DNA of 54,310 nucleotides, filler included, from Malassezia furfur (Eukaryota), in NCBI GenBank assembly GCA_052055015.1. It is 2 parts of 2 records of this genome, joined end to end, with 100 filler letters (N's around TTAATTAATTAA, not from the genome) between each part and the next. Parts side by side here need not be neighbours in the genome. Positions count along the whole stretch, not along the records: positions 1 to 27,233 come from JBQJIT010000118.1; 1 more part is not named here. One strand, 5' to 3'. A program made the translations under genes and the position numbers. The notes below the pieces were generated by a model. That model was not told the DNA's origin. It saw only the letters and a list, made by a program, of their open reading frames with translations, and ran no database searches. Position 1 is the stretch's first letter, and each line of letters begins with the position of its first letter. This document shows positions 1-10,892 of the stretch, in pieces.

Positions 1-3000
1 GCAGGCACCGCCTCGTCGGGCAGCGGCGGGAGCGGCGCCTCGGTCGCGAGCGGCGTGTCGCCCAGCCCGCGGGGGCCACGGGGGCCTTTGGGCGCCTCGC
101 GCGCGGCCGCCGACGCGAGCGGCACCGTGCCACCGTTCTTGGCGTTCATCGCGTTGGCACGACTCAGCTGCTCGCGCAGCGTGGCAATCTCTTGGCGCAG
201 CGAGTGCACCATCGAGTCGGCGCCCGGCTCGGGCTCCTCGAGGGCGCGCGCGTTGAGCTGCGTCTGCAGCGCGCTGATCTGCTGCTCGAGCTCGGCGATG
301 CGCCGCTGGGCCTGCTCGAGCTGCGCCACGAGCGAGGCACGCTCCTCGCGCATCTGCTCGTGCTGGTCCGCGGGCACCGATGGGCGCTGCACCTCCTCCT
401 GCAGCCCCTTGGCCCGTGCGTCGAGCTCCTCGTGCCGGTTCTGCCACGTGCTCAACTGGCGCTCGAGGTCCTGCAGCGTGGCGCGCAGCTCGCGGTTCTC
501 GCGCGTGCGGTCGTGCAGGCTCTGCGTGAGGTCCACCACCTTGTTCTCGAGGCGGTACGACACCTCGCGCAGGTGCGTCGCGCTCCGCGCGTCCACGCGG
601 CGCTGCTCCAGCGCCCGGTACGCCACGCGCCGGCGGTACAGCGACTGCACCACCACAATCTGGCGCTGGCGCCGCGCGACTTCGCGGCGCACAAGCGCGC
701 CACGCACCAGGCGCTGCAGGCCAATGGCGTCGCGCGCCTGCTGCGCGGCCACGCGCTGCTTGCGCGCCTGGTACGCCCGGATCTGCGTCTGGAGCGCCAC
801 GGCCGCACGACGCTGCGCCAGGAAGCGCTGCCGCTCGCGCGCCGCACGCAGCGCCGTCTGCAGCACGATGGCCGCGCGCGTCTGCCGCGCATAGGCAAAG
901 CGCATCCGCGCTGCGCGGCCGCGCGCAGCGGCCTGCAGCGCCAGCACGCCGGCCTGCAGCGCGGCGTAGCGCGACTGGGCGCTGTGCCTACGCCACGCGG
1001 TCTGAATGGTGCGCGTGCGCTGGTGCAGCACGTTGCGGCGCATCTGCTCAAACGACGCCAAGACGCCCGCGCGGAAGAAGATCTTGGTCAGGCCGATGTG
1101 GTACATCGACGGCTCGAGCGTCGTCTGCAGGATGTGCTTCGCGAGTTCGGCCACGTGGTCGAGCGAGGACATGTCCCAGTACTTGGAGTGCGTCACGAGG
1201 TAGTAGCGCTCGACAAAGTCGGCAAACGTCCAGCGCGACGGGTAGCCCGCACAGCTGATGCGGATCGTCTCGAGCACACCGCACGCACGCAGCTGGCCGA
1301 GCACGTTCTGCGGCTCGACCTCCCACGCCTGCTTTGCGTCGTTGGGCTTGATGCAACGGATGTAGTGCACCTCGGTGCTGTTGATCGTGTCCATCAAGCT
1401 CCCGAGCGACGCCTTGAACTGCGAGCCGAGCGTGGGCTTCTTCGCGGGCGCCGCCTTGCGCCCGGGCGTGGGCGTCGGCGGCGCCGCAGGCGCCTCCTCC
1501 GCACGGCTCGCGAGCACCTCCTTCAGGAACGGGTTCGTGGTGGCCGAGAGCAGCGCGAGCGTCTCGTCGGGGACCGTGTCCTTGTTCTTCTCCATGAAGC
1601 CCTCGACGCTGTACGTAACGTCCAGCGCATAGTGGCGCACCGTAAACGCCGACTCGCTCCCAAAGCGCGGCTTGCTCAGGAACGGCTGGAAGTCGGCGCG
1701 CGGCAGCAGCTGGTTGTACACCTTCTGCAGGAACGCCTGGTCCGTGCCCGAGGGCAGGCGCGACTCCTCGTCGAGGAGCGCCAGCACACCAAACTTGCTC
1801 TGGATCATGTCGATGCACGGCTGGTTGTCCGAGAAGGAGATAAACTCCCACGGGATCTGCTCCGCGACGTACTCCTCCTGCTCCAGCTTGAACACGTGCC
1901 GGTTGAACTCGTGCTGCAGGCGCTCGTTGGCGTAGTTGATGCAGAACTGCTCGTACGAGTTCACGTTGAAGCACTCGAACCCGTAAATGTCGAGCACGCC
2001 GATCATCGACGACGACGCCAGCGCCTCGGCGGGCGCGAGCGACTTGTTCATTTGCGCCACGAGCCAGTCAAACAGGCACGTGTACACATACTTGGCCACC
2101 GAGTCGCGCACGGCCACCGCCTGCGCCTGCGACAGGTTCGACACAATCTTCTCGCCCCGCATCTGGATCTGGCGCTTGAGCGTCCACTTGCGCAGCTCCG
2201 CGGCATCCACCCCCAGGAACTCGGAGGCGAGCAGCAGGTTCGCGTCGTCGGGCGCCACGTTGGCGTCGTTGCGCGTCGCCGCAATCACCACATTGCCGAG
2301 GTGCAGCAGCGCCGCAAGCACCTGGAAAATGTGCGCCTGCGCCGCCGCGTCGATGCCCACCGTCTCGAGCGCACGCTGCGTCGCAGAAAACTCCGCCGCA
2401 TCGTTGACGCCGGCAATCGCCAGGTGCGCCTCGCCGCCCTGCTTCAGGTAGTGGTACGACGCAGCGGGGCCCAGCTGCAGCGCCGCCTTGAGCTCCTCCG
2501 AGGCACCCGCACACAGCTGGTAGAAGATGTGGTAGTTGCGCTCCACCTCGGGCTGGTACACCAGACGCGAGCGCTCCAGCAGGTAGGTGCGCATCTTGGC
2601 GCCCGCAATCTCGTACCGCTCGTCAAAGATGATCTCGAGGTACTTGCCGAAGCGCGACGAGTTGTCGTTGCGCGTCGTCTTGGCATTGCCGAACGCCTCC
2701 ATGATGGGGTTCGTCGCCAAAATCGCACGCTCCGTCTCGCTCATCCCGCCCGCGTCCTTGGCCGCCGCCCGCCGCGCTTGGGGACGGTCGGGGTCCTCGA
2801 CCGTGGCGAAGTAGCGCATGATGTACTTGGCCGACATGGTCTTGCCGGCACCGCTCTCACCGCTCACCACGATCGTCTGGTTCTTCTTGTCGCGGATCAT
2901 GCACCGGTACGCGTCCTCGGCCACCGCAAACAGATGCGGCTCCAGCTCGCCCTTCCGGCGCCCGGCGTATGCCTGGATGATCTCGGGGCTGTACAGGTTC

Positions 3001-3395
3001 AGGTTGAAAAAGGGGTTCACCGCAATCAGCACAATACCCGAGTAGGTGTAGATCGTGCGCTGCTGGTAGCGGTTCAGGATCGTGTGCAGCACCGACGCCT
3101 CGTTCAGGTGGCTCAAGCTCGTCAGGTCGTCGGCGGCCTCCAGCAGCGGGGGGTTACGCAGCGGCGGCAGCACACTCTCTTCCCCCGACTTTTCCTGCTG
3201 CGCAGCCGTGACTCGCACAATGTGCTCCACGCCCGAGTCGTCCATCAGGAAGGTGAGCACGACGTCGCCCGAAGCCTCGTCGACCTCGGCATCCTTCGTC
3301 TGCGTCGCACTCACCCAGCCGGCAGTCGCATCGGGGAACCATGCCTTGGTGCCTGACACGTACGCATCAAGCGGCTTCGAAGTAGGCACTGCCAT
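1..3395 (-). CDS. MYO2: Class V myosin heavy chain (3' end runs off the window)
   Basis: ATG at 3395 (MAVPTSKPLDAY...KAWF). Minus-strand translation gives GESGAGKT P-loop, LEAFGNAKT-like and NSSRFGKY motifs, LDIYGFE, LRACGVLETIRIS, then IQ repeats and coiled coil. Absent from the ORF track because no stop lies in the window. Confidence 0.95.
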   Translation of the reverse strand, partial: MAVPTSKPLDAYVSGTKAWFPDATAGWVSATQTKDAEVDEASGDVVLTFLMDDSGVEHIVRVTAAQQEKSGEESVLPPLRNPPLLEAADDLTSLSHLNEASVLHTILNRYQQRTIYTYSGIVLIAVNPFFNLNLYSPEIIQAYAGRRKGELEPHLFAVAEDAYRCMIRDKKNQTIVVSGESGAGKTMSAKYIMRYFATVEDPDRPQARRAAAKDAGGMSETERAILATNPIMEAFGNAKTTRNDNSSRFGKYLEIIFDERYEIAGAKMRTYLLERSRLVYQPEVERNYHIFYQLCAGASEELKAALQLGPAASYHYLKQGGEAHLAIAGVNDAAEFSATQRALETVGIDAAAQAHIFQVLAALLHLGNVVIAATRNDANVAPDDANLLLASEFLGVDAAELRKWTLKRQIQMRGEKIVSNLSQAQAVAVRDSVAKYVYTCLFDWLVAQMNKSLAPAEALASSSMIGVLDIYGFECFNVNSYEQFCINYANERLQHEFNRHVFKLEQEEYVAEQIPWEFISFSDNQPCIDMIQSKFGVLALLDEESRLPSGTDQAFLQKVYNQLLPRADFQPFLSKPRFGSESAFTVRHYALDVTYSVEGFMEKNKDTVPDETLALLSATTNPFLKEVLASRAEEAPAAPPTPTPGRKAAPAKKPTLGSQFKASLGSLMDTINSTEVHYIRCIKPNDAKQAWEVEPQNVLGQLRACGVLETIRISCAGYPSRWTFADFVERYYLVTHSKYWDMSSLDHVAELAKHILQTTLEPSMYHIGLTKIFFRAGVLASFEQMRRNVLHQRTRTIQTAWRRHSAQSRYAALQAGVLALQAAARGRAARMRFAYARQTRAAIVLQTALRAARERQRFLAQRRAAVALQTQIRAYQARKQRVAAQQARDAIGLQRLVRGALVRREVARRQRQIVVVQSLYRRRVAYRALEQRRVDARSATHLREVSYRLENKVVDLTQSLHDRTRENRELRATLQDLERQLSTWQNRHEELDARAKGLQEEVQRPSVPADQHEQMREERASLVAQLEQAQRRIAELEQQISALQTQLNARALEEPEPGADSMVHSLRQEIATLREQLSRANAMNAKNGGTVPLASAAAREAPKGPRGPRGLGDTPLATEAPLPPLPDEAVP

Positions 3396-3595
3396 CCCGG
3401 GCAGCTTGTCCGAACAACCTGTGGTCCAGCCCAGGCCCGCCTTGGTGCAAGTCCGAAACACGGACGCGCAGGGACCGCCGTGGGGGCGTCGCCCCTCGCA
3501 GATGCACGTGATGAGCACGTGACACGCGTCCGCAGTGGAGGGCGGCCCTGAGCCCCGCAGTGGCCCACCGCGCCTAGGGCCGCTGCACCACGCCG

Positions 3596-4207
3596 ATGGC
3601 GCCCGACACGCCGCACGCGGGGCGCTCCAAACGCCAGGCCCACGCCGAACGGCAGCGTGCACTTCAGCTGCTCAGCGCCTTTTCCACGCGTCTGCAGTAT
3701 GCCATGTTCAAAATCGAAAATGGGTGGACGCGGCAGTCGCTCTCCGAGGTCGAGAACCTCTACTACCGCCGCCAGCTCAACGCGCCCAAGCGCGCACCCG
3801 ATACCCGATCCACGCCAAGCACATCGCTAAAGACTGGGCCTTTGCATACCGAGGCAAGCACCCCGGCGCCGCGCGACAGCGCCATGGACACGTCGACGTA
3901 CGCCGACTTCTGGAGCCGCCTGGGCGCCTCGCGCACCAGTCCAGATCCCGCTCGCGGGCCAACCGAACCCCGCAGCGACACGCGCGAAAAGCGCAAGGCG
4001 GACGACGTGCTGCCCACTACGCCGCCGCCACAGCCGGCGCCACCGACGCCGGCCACACCGTCCAACCAGCCAGCACCAGCGCCGCACGCGCCGGAGCCGG
4101 CCGAAAGTGCGCGGAAGCACGCGCCTGATACCAGCCCTGCGAGGACCCCCCATGCCACGGACGAGGCACATACTATGAAACGCGCACGAATCGATGCGCC
4201 ATCGTAG
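3596..4207 (+). CDS. Whi5/Nrm1-family G1/S transcriptional repressor-like protein
   Basis: STRLQYAMFKIENGWTRQSLSEVE matches the Whi5 (GTB) motif; many SP/TP sites. Confidence 0.75.
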   Translation: MAPDTPHAGRSKRQAHAERQRALQLLSAFSTRLQYAMFKIENGWTRQSLSEVENLYYRRQLNAPKRAPDTRSTPSTSLKTGPLHTEASTPAPRDSAMDTSTYADFWSRLGASRTSPDPARGPTEPRSDTREKRKADDVLPTTPPPQPAPPTPATPSNQPAPAPHAPEPAESARKHAPDTSPARTPHATDEAHTMKRARIDAPS

Positions 4208-4276
4208 CTACCGTAGCATGCATCGATACCAACGACGCCATACGCGTCGAGGAAATAAGCCAGTCCTTGCGCTCGC

Positions 4277-5447
4277 ATGACCACCGACGCACGGCCAGGG
4301 CCGTGGGCCGACGACGCTTTGCGCGCACTGCAGCGCCCCGAACTGCTGGGGGACCTGCCTAGCGTACGTCGACACACTGACGCAGACCGACGCGCTCCTG
4401 AAACTGCTCGCGCGACACGCGCCTCAATACCCGCATACCCCGAGCGACCAGCAGCCGGCCGCGTCCGACGCGCCCACCGACGACGTGAGCCACGCCGTAC
4501 TCGCGAACCACTGGCGGAGCATCGCACAACGCACCGCGCATGCTATCGTCACCGAGGTCTCGCCGTCCGTGCAAGCCAGCGACATAACCCACGTGCTCCA
4601 GTGGTGGCATCTGCGCCTTGTTGCGCTCTGGAAACTGCGCCTCTTTGCGCAGGCACACACCGAGCTGACCAACGTATGGAGCGTGCTTGACCACATCCTG
4701 GTGCAGCCCGGGTCTCGGCCGCTGCGCACCACGACGCTCGTCCCGTTTGCCCTGCATCTATTGCGTGCCCAAGACTTGCTTGTGCACGGCCAAAAACGCG
4801 CCGGCGTCGCGGCGCTGTGGCAACACTTGTCGTACTGTGAAGCACAGGAACGCACTGCAAACGATGCAGATGTCTGGCGTTTGCGCGGGCTCCGCATTCG
4901 GCTGCTCCTGGCCTCGGCCCTCGTCGAAATGGAGGCGCTCGACGCAGCAGCGGCCATTGTCGATCCGTTGGCGGAACCACTGCTCCACGGGCACCTCGAT
5001 GAATCGAATGCGCTCCTTGCGCTTGCTCTCGTCCGCATCTATGCCGTGATGGGCTCCCTCGCGCGCGCCGAGGCGCTCGCCGAGGCGGCACAGGCGGCGC
5101 AGCCGTCGCTGGGCGGTGCATACGCAGCGCTGGTGCGGCTGATCCGCGATCCCCATACTGTGCCATCGGAATCGCTGTCCACTGAGCCACTGAACCAAGT
5201 CAATTTAAATACGGCCGCGGTCGATGCGTTTTACCGGGGCGATTTGGATACGGGGGTGCAACTGCTCGAAGCGCTCATGCACGAGCAGCCGACATGGTTC
5301 GCCACGGCGCCCGGCCTGGCAGGCAACCTATTTACACTACATACGATGGGCTACGGCGGCGGCATCCCCGCGCGGCGGCAGATTGTCGAGCGCGTCGCGG
5401 ACGCGGCCGGCGACGACCCCGCGTGCATCGATAGCCGGATGGGGTAG
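4277..5447 (+). CDS. TRAPPC12-like TPR protein; 2 exons
   Basis: WWHLRLVALWKLRLF...VPFALHLLRA resembles TRAPPC12. A 22-nt intron 4364-4385 (GTACGT..CTGAC GCAG) joins ORF 4277 in frame to ORF 4485-5447. Confidence 0.65.
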
Positions 5448-5508
5448 CGCGTGGGGTAGTTTGCATAAGGTGGAGGTTGCGCGCCACACAAGTCGCGCGT
5501 GGCCGGCC

Positions 5509-5968
5509 ATGCTATACGCCTACTCGTTGGGGGGGTCGCTGTTGGTGCTCGTGTTGGTGCTGGGTAAGTTGTGCTGCTTATACAGTGGTGTATTGGAAGC
5601 GCGTTTGGATCCTCGCACAACTCTCCGAGCCCATGCGGCACCGCATACAAACCGTGCTGGGGGCGCGGTATAGTCCCCTGTCACGCTTTGACTGGAACAC
5701 GGCGGCGGACGTCGGACTGACCAGCTCGCTGTTCGACATCGAGGCCAACATACGGGATGGGGATGCGCGTGAAGGACTGGACGAGCGCGGCACCCAGGAA
5801 GTGCACCGCTTGATGCAGGAGCACAACATCGTACGTACCGGCGCCCCCTACTGACCCCAGAGCTTTGACGAGGCGCGGCTGCGGCGGCACCGCGCGATGC
5901 TCAGTCGCAACAACATCGACCCACTCACAGGAATGCCGCTCGATGCCAAGGCTGTGACACGCTTGTAG
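5509..5968 (+). CDS. DUF2015/UPF0357-like small fungal membrane protein; 3 exons
   Basis: N-terminal hydrophobic segment; GLTSSLFDIEANIRDGDAREGLD and FDEARL..H..ML..NNIDP.TGMPLD.KA. Introns 5564-5585 (22 nt) and 5831-5860 (30 nt) restore the frame. Confidence 0.75.
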
Positions 5969-6003
5969 AGATTCGGTGGTACTACGGAGAATGTATTTCT
6001 AGA

Positions 6004-6654
6004 TTACCCGAGGCGGAGACCGAGCACCAGACCGGCAACGAAGGTGGCGCGCTGCTGGAAGTCGGCTGTAAGGAAGTTGACGGCGCGGCGCCAGATGCGC
6101 ACAAGCGGGTACTGGCGCGCACCGGCGCCCTCGGCGGGGCCAGCGAGGCCGTTGACCGACGAGTTGTACACCGACTCGATGCTCGACCAGTTCACCTTGA
6201 TGAAGCTGCGCGAGGCCAGGTACTGGAGCAGCACGTAGGTACCGCCCATCAGGATAGCCACGAGCTTCAGACCCTTTTTGATGAAGATACCGGCACACAG
6301 ACCACAGATGGTGCCGAACGACAGCTCGTACAAGTTGACGATGCTCTTGGCCTCCTCCTTGGTGCGCGGCTCGGGCATCGGCGGGTCCGCCACACGGACC
6401 GCCTCACACGCCACGGGCTGCATGCTCCACGTGTACGCGCCCGCGAGCAGGGCCGAGGTGCCGGCCATGAGTCCGGCGGACGCCATGAGACGGCCGCTGG
6501 GAGCGGGGACCGCCGCAGCCTGCGTGCGGAATGCACGCACCGACGGACGCACACTCAGGCGGGTCTGCGGAGCAGCATTGCGGGCCATGCACCGCATCGC
6601 GGCGGCGGGGCCCGCGGCAAGGCGGGTGCGGGGGAAAAGCAAAGACATGGTCAT
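6004..6654 (-). CDS. FUN14: FUN14-domain mitochondrial outer membrane protein
   Basis: LSFGTICGLCAGIFIKK...LLQYLASRSFIKVNW...FVAGLVLG; Arg-rich N-terminal targeting-like peptide. Confidence 0.85.
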   Translation of the reverse strand: MTMSLLFPRTRLAAGPAAAMRCMARNAAPQTRLSVRPSVRAFRTQAAAVPAPSGRLMASAGLMAGTSALLAGAYTWSMQPVACEAVRVADPPMPEPRTKEEAKSIVNLYELSFGTICGLCAGIFIKKGLKLVAILMGGTYVLLQYLASRSFIKVNWSSIESVYNSSVNGLAGPAEGAGARQYPLVRIWRRAVNFLTADFQQRATFVAGLVLGLRLG

Positions 6655-6727
6655 GGTTGAGGACGTGGCCCGCGCCTAGGTCTGTGCGAGGTGACCCACG
6701 CCCACGTGCCTCCACATCTGCAGCACC

Positions 6728-7606
6728 ATGCCGGCGTCTGACGCAGCGCCGCCGCCGGACGAGGCGTCGGACGCGGCGCGCAGTACAACTCTGCCCCCGA
6801 CGCCTGAGCCGGAAGAGGCGTCGGGGCAAAAACGCGCAGCATCGACATCCGAGGCGCGCTCGTCCGAGACACCGTCGAAGCGCGCCAAGCAAGCCGTGTC
6901 TCTGAGTACGTGGCTGACGTCGTCCGGGGCGAGCGCCGATCCAGAGGGACTCCCCGAGCCATACACGTGTCCTGCAGCGCGCATTGAAGACCGCAACTCG
7001 GTGTTTGTGGGCTACGTGTACCCCCTGTCGACCGCCTCACCGACGCGGATCCAGGCGCTGCTCGACAACCTGACGCACGTGGTGCACCCTGCGATCCCCC
7101 TGTCGCAGCTGCCGCCTCAGTTTCAGCACGCCTCGGCGAAGCACCGGCGAAGCACGCACGACATGTATGCGTACCGTGTGCTGCAGCTCAAGCCGGGGCG
7201 CACCGGGCTCCAAGGCCCGAACGATTTTGGGATCGAGCAGGGGCTGGAAGACGACGGCGAGCACTGGGGCGCCGAGAAGGTCATGCGGGTGATCCGCGAG
7301 CTGGGCGCGAGCGACGTGCTGGTCGTAGTGAGCCGCTGGTACGGCGGCGAGCTGCTGGGCCCCGTGCGCTTCGACCACATCACCAACGTGGCCCGTGCTG
7401 CGCTCCTCCACTACCTGGCGCACGAAGCGGTGCAGACGCTGCGCGTGCAGCTGCAGCAGCTGGACCGCGACATTGCGCAGGCGCGGCGCCCCGACCAGCC
7501 GCCGCCGCCGCCGGACGCATACGACGACCTGACCGAGGCGCGTGCCAAACGCCTGCTCCAGGCGCGCACAAAGACGCTCGAGATGCTGCGCCGCCGTACC
7601 TCGTAA
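6728..7606 (+). CDS. IMPACT/UPF0029-domain protein, no recognisable RWD domain
   Basis: DRNSVFVG, HDMYAYR, DDGE, VVVSRWYGGELLGPVRFDHI are UPF0029 signatures. Confidence 0.85.
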   Translation: MPASDAAPPPDEASDAARSTTLPPTPEPEEASGQKRAASTSEARSSETPSKRAKQAVSLSTWLTSSGASADPEGLPEPYTCPAARIEDRNSVFVGYVYPLSTASPTRIQALLDNLTHVVHPAIPLSQLPPQFQHASAKHRRSTHDMYAYRVLQLKPGRTGLQGPNDFGIEQGLEDDGEHWGAEKVMRVIRELGASDVLVVVSRWYGGELLGPVRFDHITNVARAALLHYLAHEAVQTLRVQLQQLDRDIAQARRPDQPPPPPDAYDDLTEARAKRLLQARTKTLEMLRRRTS

Positions 7607-7632
7607 ACACATCGTCCGTGTACTGTACAAGG

Positions 7633-10123
7633 CTACCAAAGGTCTAGGAGCTGCTGCGTGTCGAGGTTCTGCTGCTGGGCGTCCATGGAGAAGAAGGGCG
7701 CATTCAACGGCGCGCCGTCCGTGTTTTGCGGCCAGACGGGCATCAGCGTCTGGGGGTTGAGCGCGACGTTGGGGGTGATCATGGGCATGCTGTAGAGCAG
7801 GTTGAGCTTGTCCAAGTCGGATGTGCTCGACGACGCAATGTTCGGGCTGTAGGGCACGTTGAGCGGTGGGAAAGCACTCGCGTCGCCTTTTCCCGCGTTC
7901 GGCCACGAAAACGAAGCCTCCGGCGCGTTGTCCACCGGGGCGCCGGGCACGACAGGCTGCTGCCGCCATGTGTGCACGTCGGCGGCGCTGTGTCCGGGCT
8001 GGGCGCGCTGCGACACCAGCTCGTCGATGGGCATGTGCGGTACGATGCCGCCGTTGTCGAGCCGCGTGCGCTTGTGGGCAGGCGACTCGTCTGGCGAGCC
8101 GCTCGATGCGACCGACGGGTGGTCCATGAGGAACTCCTCGGTGCTCGACTTGGCGCGCTCCAAAAACGCGCGCACGATCTGCATCTCCTTCTCGGACTCG
8201 GTGTGCCGCGCGCCGCGGTGCTGGGCGCGCCACGTGAGGAAGTCGTTCATGTAGGCGGTGAGCAGCGCCGCGTCCTCTTGTGACGGGCGCTTGAGCAGGA
8301 TGAAGCCCCCGACGATCACCGTGTTGAACCAGCGGAAGCCGGCCATTGTGTCGCGGTAACGCTGCGGGAGCGACTGGTCGACGAGCAGCTCGCGGCGCAG
8401 CGCGAGGTTGAGCTTGACGGCCTCGAGGCACGCGTCGTACGACGTGACGTACTTGGCGGGCCGCCGCGGGTTGTAGCGCAGCAGGAACGGGCAGTGCAGC
8501 GCGAGCATGAAAAAGTTGAAGTCGAGCCAGAGCTGGTAGCGCTGGATCTTGACAAAGTCGTAGAACGCGTCGCACTGCGTGTTCTGCAGGAGGCGATTGT
8601 CCTTCAGCCGGATCTGGAAGTAGAACGGGAGCTCGTCGACGACGCTGCGGTTGAACGCGACGTGGATCTGCAGGATGCGCGAGTAGGACACGGTCTTGTG
8701 TACGTTTTGCACCTCGAACGCGAGGTCGCCAATGTACACCGCCAGCTTGCTGCGCAGGTTGTTGATCAGCAGCAGGTTCGGCGGCGCGGTATGCGTAAAC
8801 AGCGCACGCAGCCCCTCGGGCACCTCGCTTGCGTCGCCGCGCAGCTCTGGCGCGCGTGTGTCGCACACAGCGTCGCTGATGATCATCGGCCGGCCGTACC
8901 CCAGCGAGGTGGTGCGCTCGATCGAGTACACGAGCGACCACACGATGCGGCGCAGCTGCGTCGTCTCCGGGTCCAAGCCCATCGCCTCGCCGTCGCGGTG
9001 CAGCCCGATGCCGAGTGCGACCCGCACGCAGTTCACCGTGCTGTTCCACGAGAGCTCAATTTGCCCACGCACGAAAAAGAGGCGCGAGAGGTGCGTGTAG
9101 GTGAGCACCGTATACACGTCCTCGCGGCTCATGTTTTGTGCCATGAAGCACGCGATTTGCGCCGCGTTGCACAGCCGCTTGCTCGCGTCCAGCTCGTCGT
9201 AGCTCCCGTTCTTCGACAGCTCAGGCACCCACTCGGGATGCGACACCGAGACGTACAGCGCGCCGATCGAGCACAGCGCCGCCAGCAGGCCAAACTGCGA
9301 GATGCGCTCCGCGGTCACCACGCCGCCGTCGTTGTAAAAGGTATGGAAGAGCGTAAAGATGAGGTCCTTGGGGATCGGGTGCCGGTACAGGTTGATTGTC
9401 TCGAGGTACACCTCGATCAGCCGTAACGACACCTCCTTGGGGTACATGGACGAGGACAGGCTCTCCTGCATTGCCGGCGAGATGGTGTTCATGTCCAGAT
9501 CGTCGCGCGGGTCCATGGGGCACTGCGATGGGCCGCTGTGCACCCGCTCATCCGACGCAAAGTTGCCCGCCGCCGCCATCATCGCAGGCAGCGGCTCCTC
9601 GCGCAGCTTGACGTGTTCTGCCGGCGCATTGTCGTCGCTCTCCGACTCGCTCCCCGCGGCGTGGTGCAGCGCATGCACCGTGTCCATCGGACTCACCGTC
9701 CGCCGCACGCCGGGCGCTCCGGCCGGCACACCGACGCGCTGCACACGTTCGATCTCGTGCGCGAGCATGTCGATGCGCCGCGACGTCTCGCCCAGCCCGG
9801 TCTCCAGGATTCTTTCGAGCCGCGCGAGCCGCGCGCTGACCTCGTTCGCAGGGTCGTGCTGCTGAAACGTATGGCACTGCTCGGGGATGCGGCGCGCAAT
9901 GCACTGCGTGAGTCGCACGTATACGTACATGCTGGCACGGTATTTGTCGATTGCACCGCTGCTTGCGCCGATAGCACTCGGTGCACGCAAACTGCACGCG
10001 GTTACGCCGCAGCGGCGCACGCGGCCGACTGGCTTCAGCGTCGGCGTCGACGCTGTGCTGGGGCGCTTGGGGCGCCTGCACGGGCGACGCTGCGCGCCCA
10101 TGCTCTCCAACTGCTTCTTGCAT
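7633..10123 (-). CDS. Zn(II)2Cys6 fungal transcription factor with middle homology region; 2 exons
   Basis: ACTECYRRKQRCNRQIPCQH|CIARRIPEQC after removing the 25-nt intron 9904-9928; ALGIGLHRD...RRIVWSL...LGYGRP. Start codon uncertain. Confidence 0.9.
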
Positions 10124-10327
10124 GTCCGGCCGCCCACAGCCTCGACGAGGGACCGGCACTGGGCGCCTCAGGTACGTGTGATGGCCAGTGAGCACCTGGC
10201 CTGGGCGTACGCACGACGCGGCTGACAAAAACGCGAGATCGCCGACGCACGTGGCACACCACTCGCACCTTGGGCGTGTGCGCGACCGTTTGCTTCTACG
10301 CCACTCTCGATCGCGTTTGTGAGCGAC

Positions 10328-10690
10328 ATGTCTAAGTACGTTGTTCCCGACTCACCCAGACACCACCCGGATATCCTCCTATGCCGCAAAGTGCCGGGGA
10401 TCTCGGTCGGCCGGCTGTGCGAGCGCTGTGACGGGAAATGCCCACTGTGCGACTCGTACGTGCGCCCTGCGGCGATCGTGCGTATCTGCGACGAGTGCAA
10501 CTATGGCTCGTCCGGCGGGCGCTGTGTTGTGTGTGGTGCGCCGGGCGTGTCCGATGCCTACTACTGCGCCGAGTGCGTCCGCCTCGAAAAGGACCGCGAC
10601 GGGTGTCCCAAGACGGTCAATATGGGCATCTCGCGCCTCGACAACATCTTTAACAACCGGCGGCAGCAGACCGGCTTCCAGCGCGGATAG
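10328..10690 (+). CDS. RDS3: SF3b subunit PHF5A/Rds3; 2 exons
   Basis: MSK|HHPD...[20 protein letters not shown]...EKDRDGCPK. Removing the 24-nt intron 10336-10359 restores the conserved KHHPD start. Confidence 0.96.
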   Translation: MSKYVVPDSPRHHPDILLCRKVPGISVGRLCERCDGKCPLCDSYVRPAAIVRICDECNYGSSGGRCVVCGAPGVSDAYYCAECVRLEKDRDGCPKTVNMGISRLDNIFNNRRQQTGFQRG

Positions 10691-10892
10691 TACGTGTACC
10701 ATAGTCGCCCCGTACTTCCCGGGGCCTGCAATAGATACCAAACGTTTCTTCCAAAAGTTTGCATGGGTATACACCTACTTTTTTTTGCATGTTCGTACAG
10801 GCACCGAACCGAGTCTATACACGTGCCCAACACAGTCCGGGGCGAAAGAGAGAAGGTAGGTAGGGTGGGTAGGTGGGGGCCGGTGACAGCCA

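Noticed and set aside
192..3356. Very long antisense ORFs (also 15519-17432, 22011-24368, 34723-37302 and others)
   Set aside because: Shadow ORFs from extreme GC3 bias opposite real genes; no recognisable motifs.
3524..3529. MCB element ACGCGT upstream of the Whi5/Nrm1-like gene
   Set aside because: Biologically plausible, but the hexamer is common in this GC-rich sequence; a single copy is not evidence.
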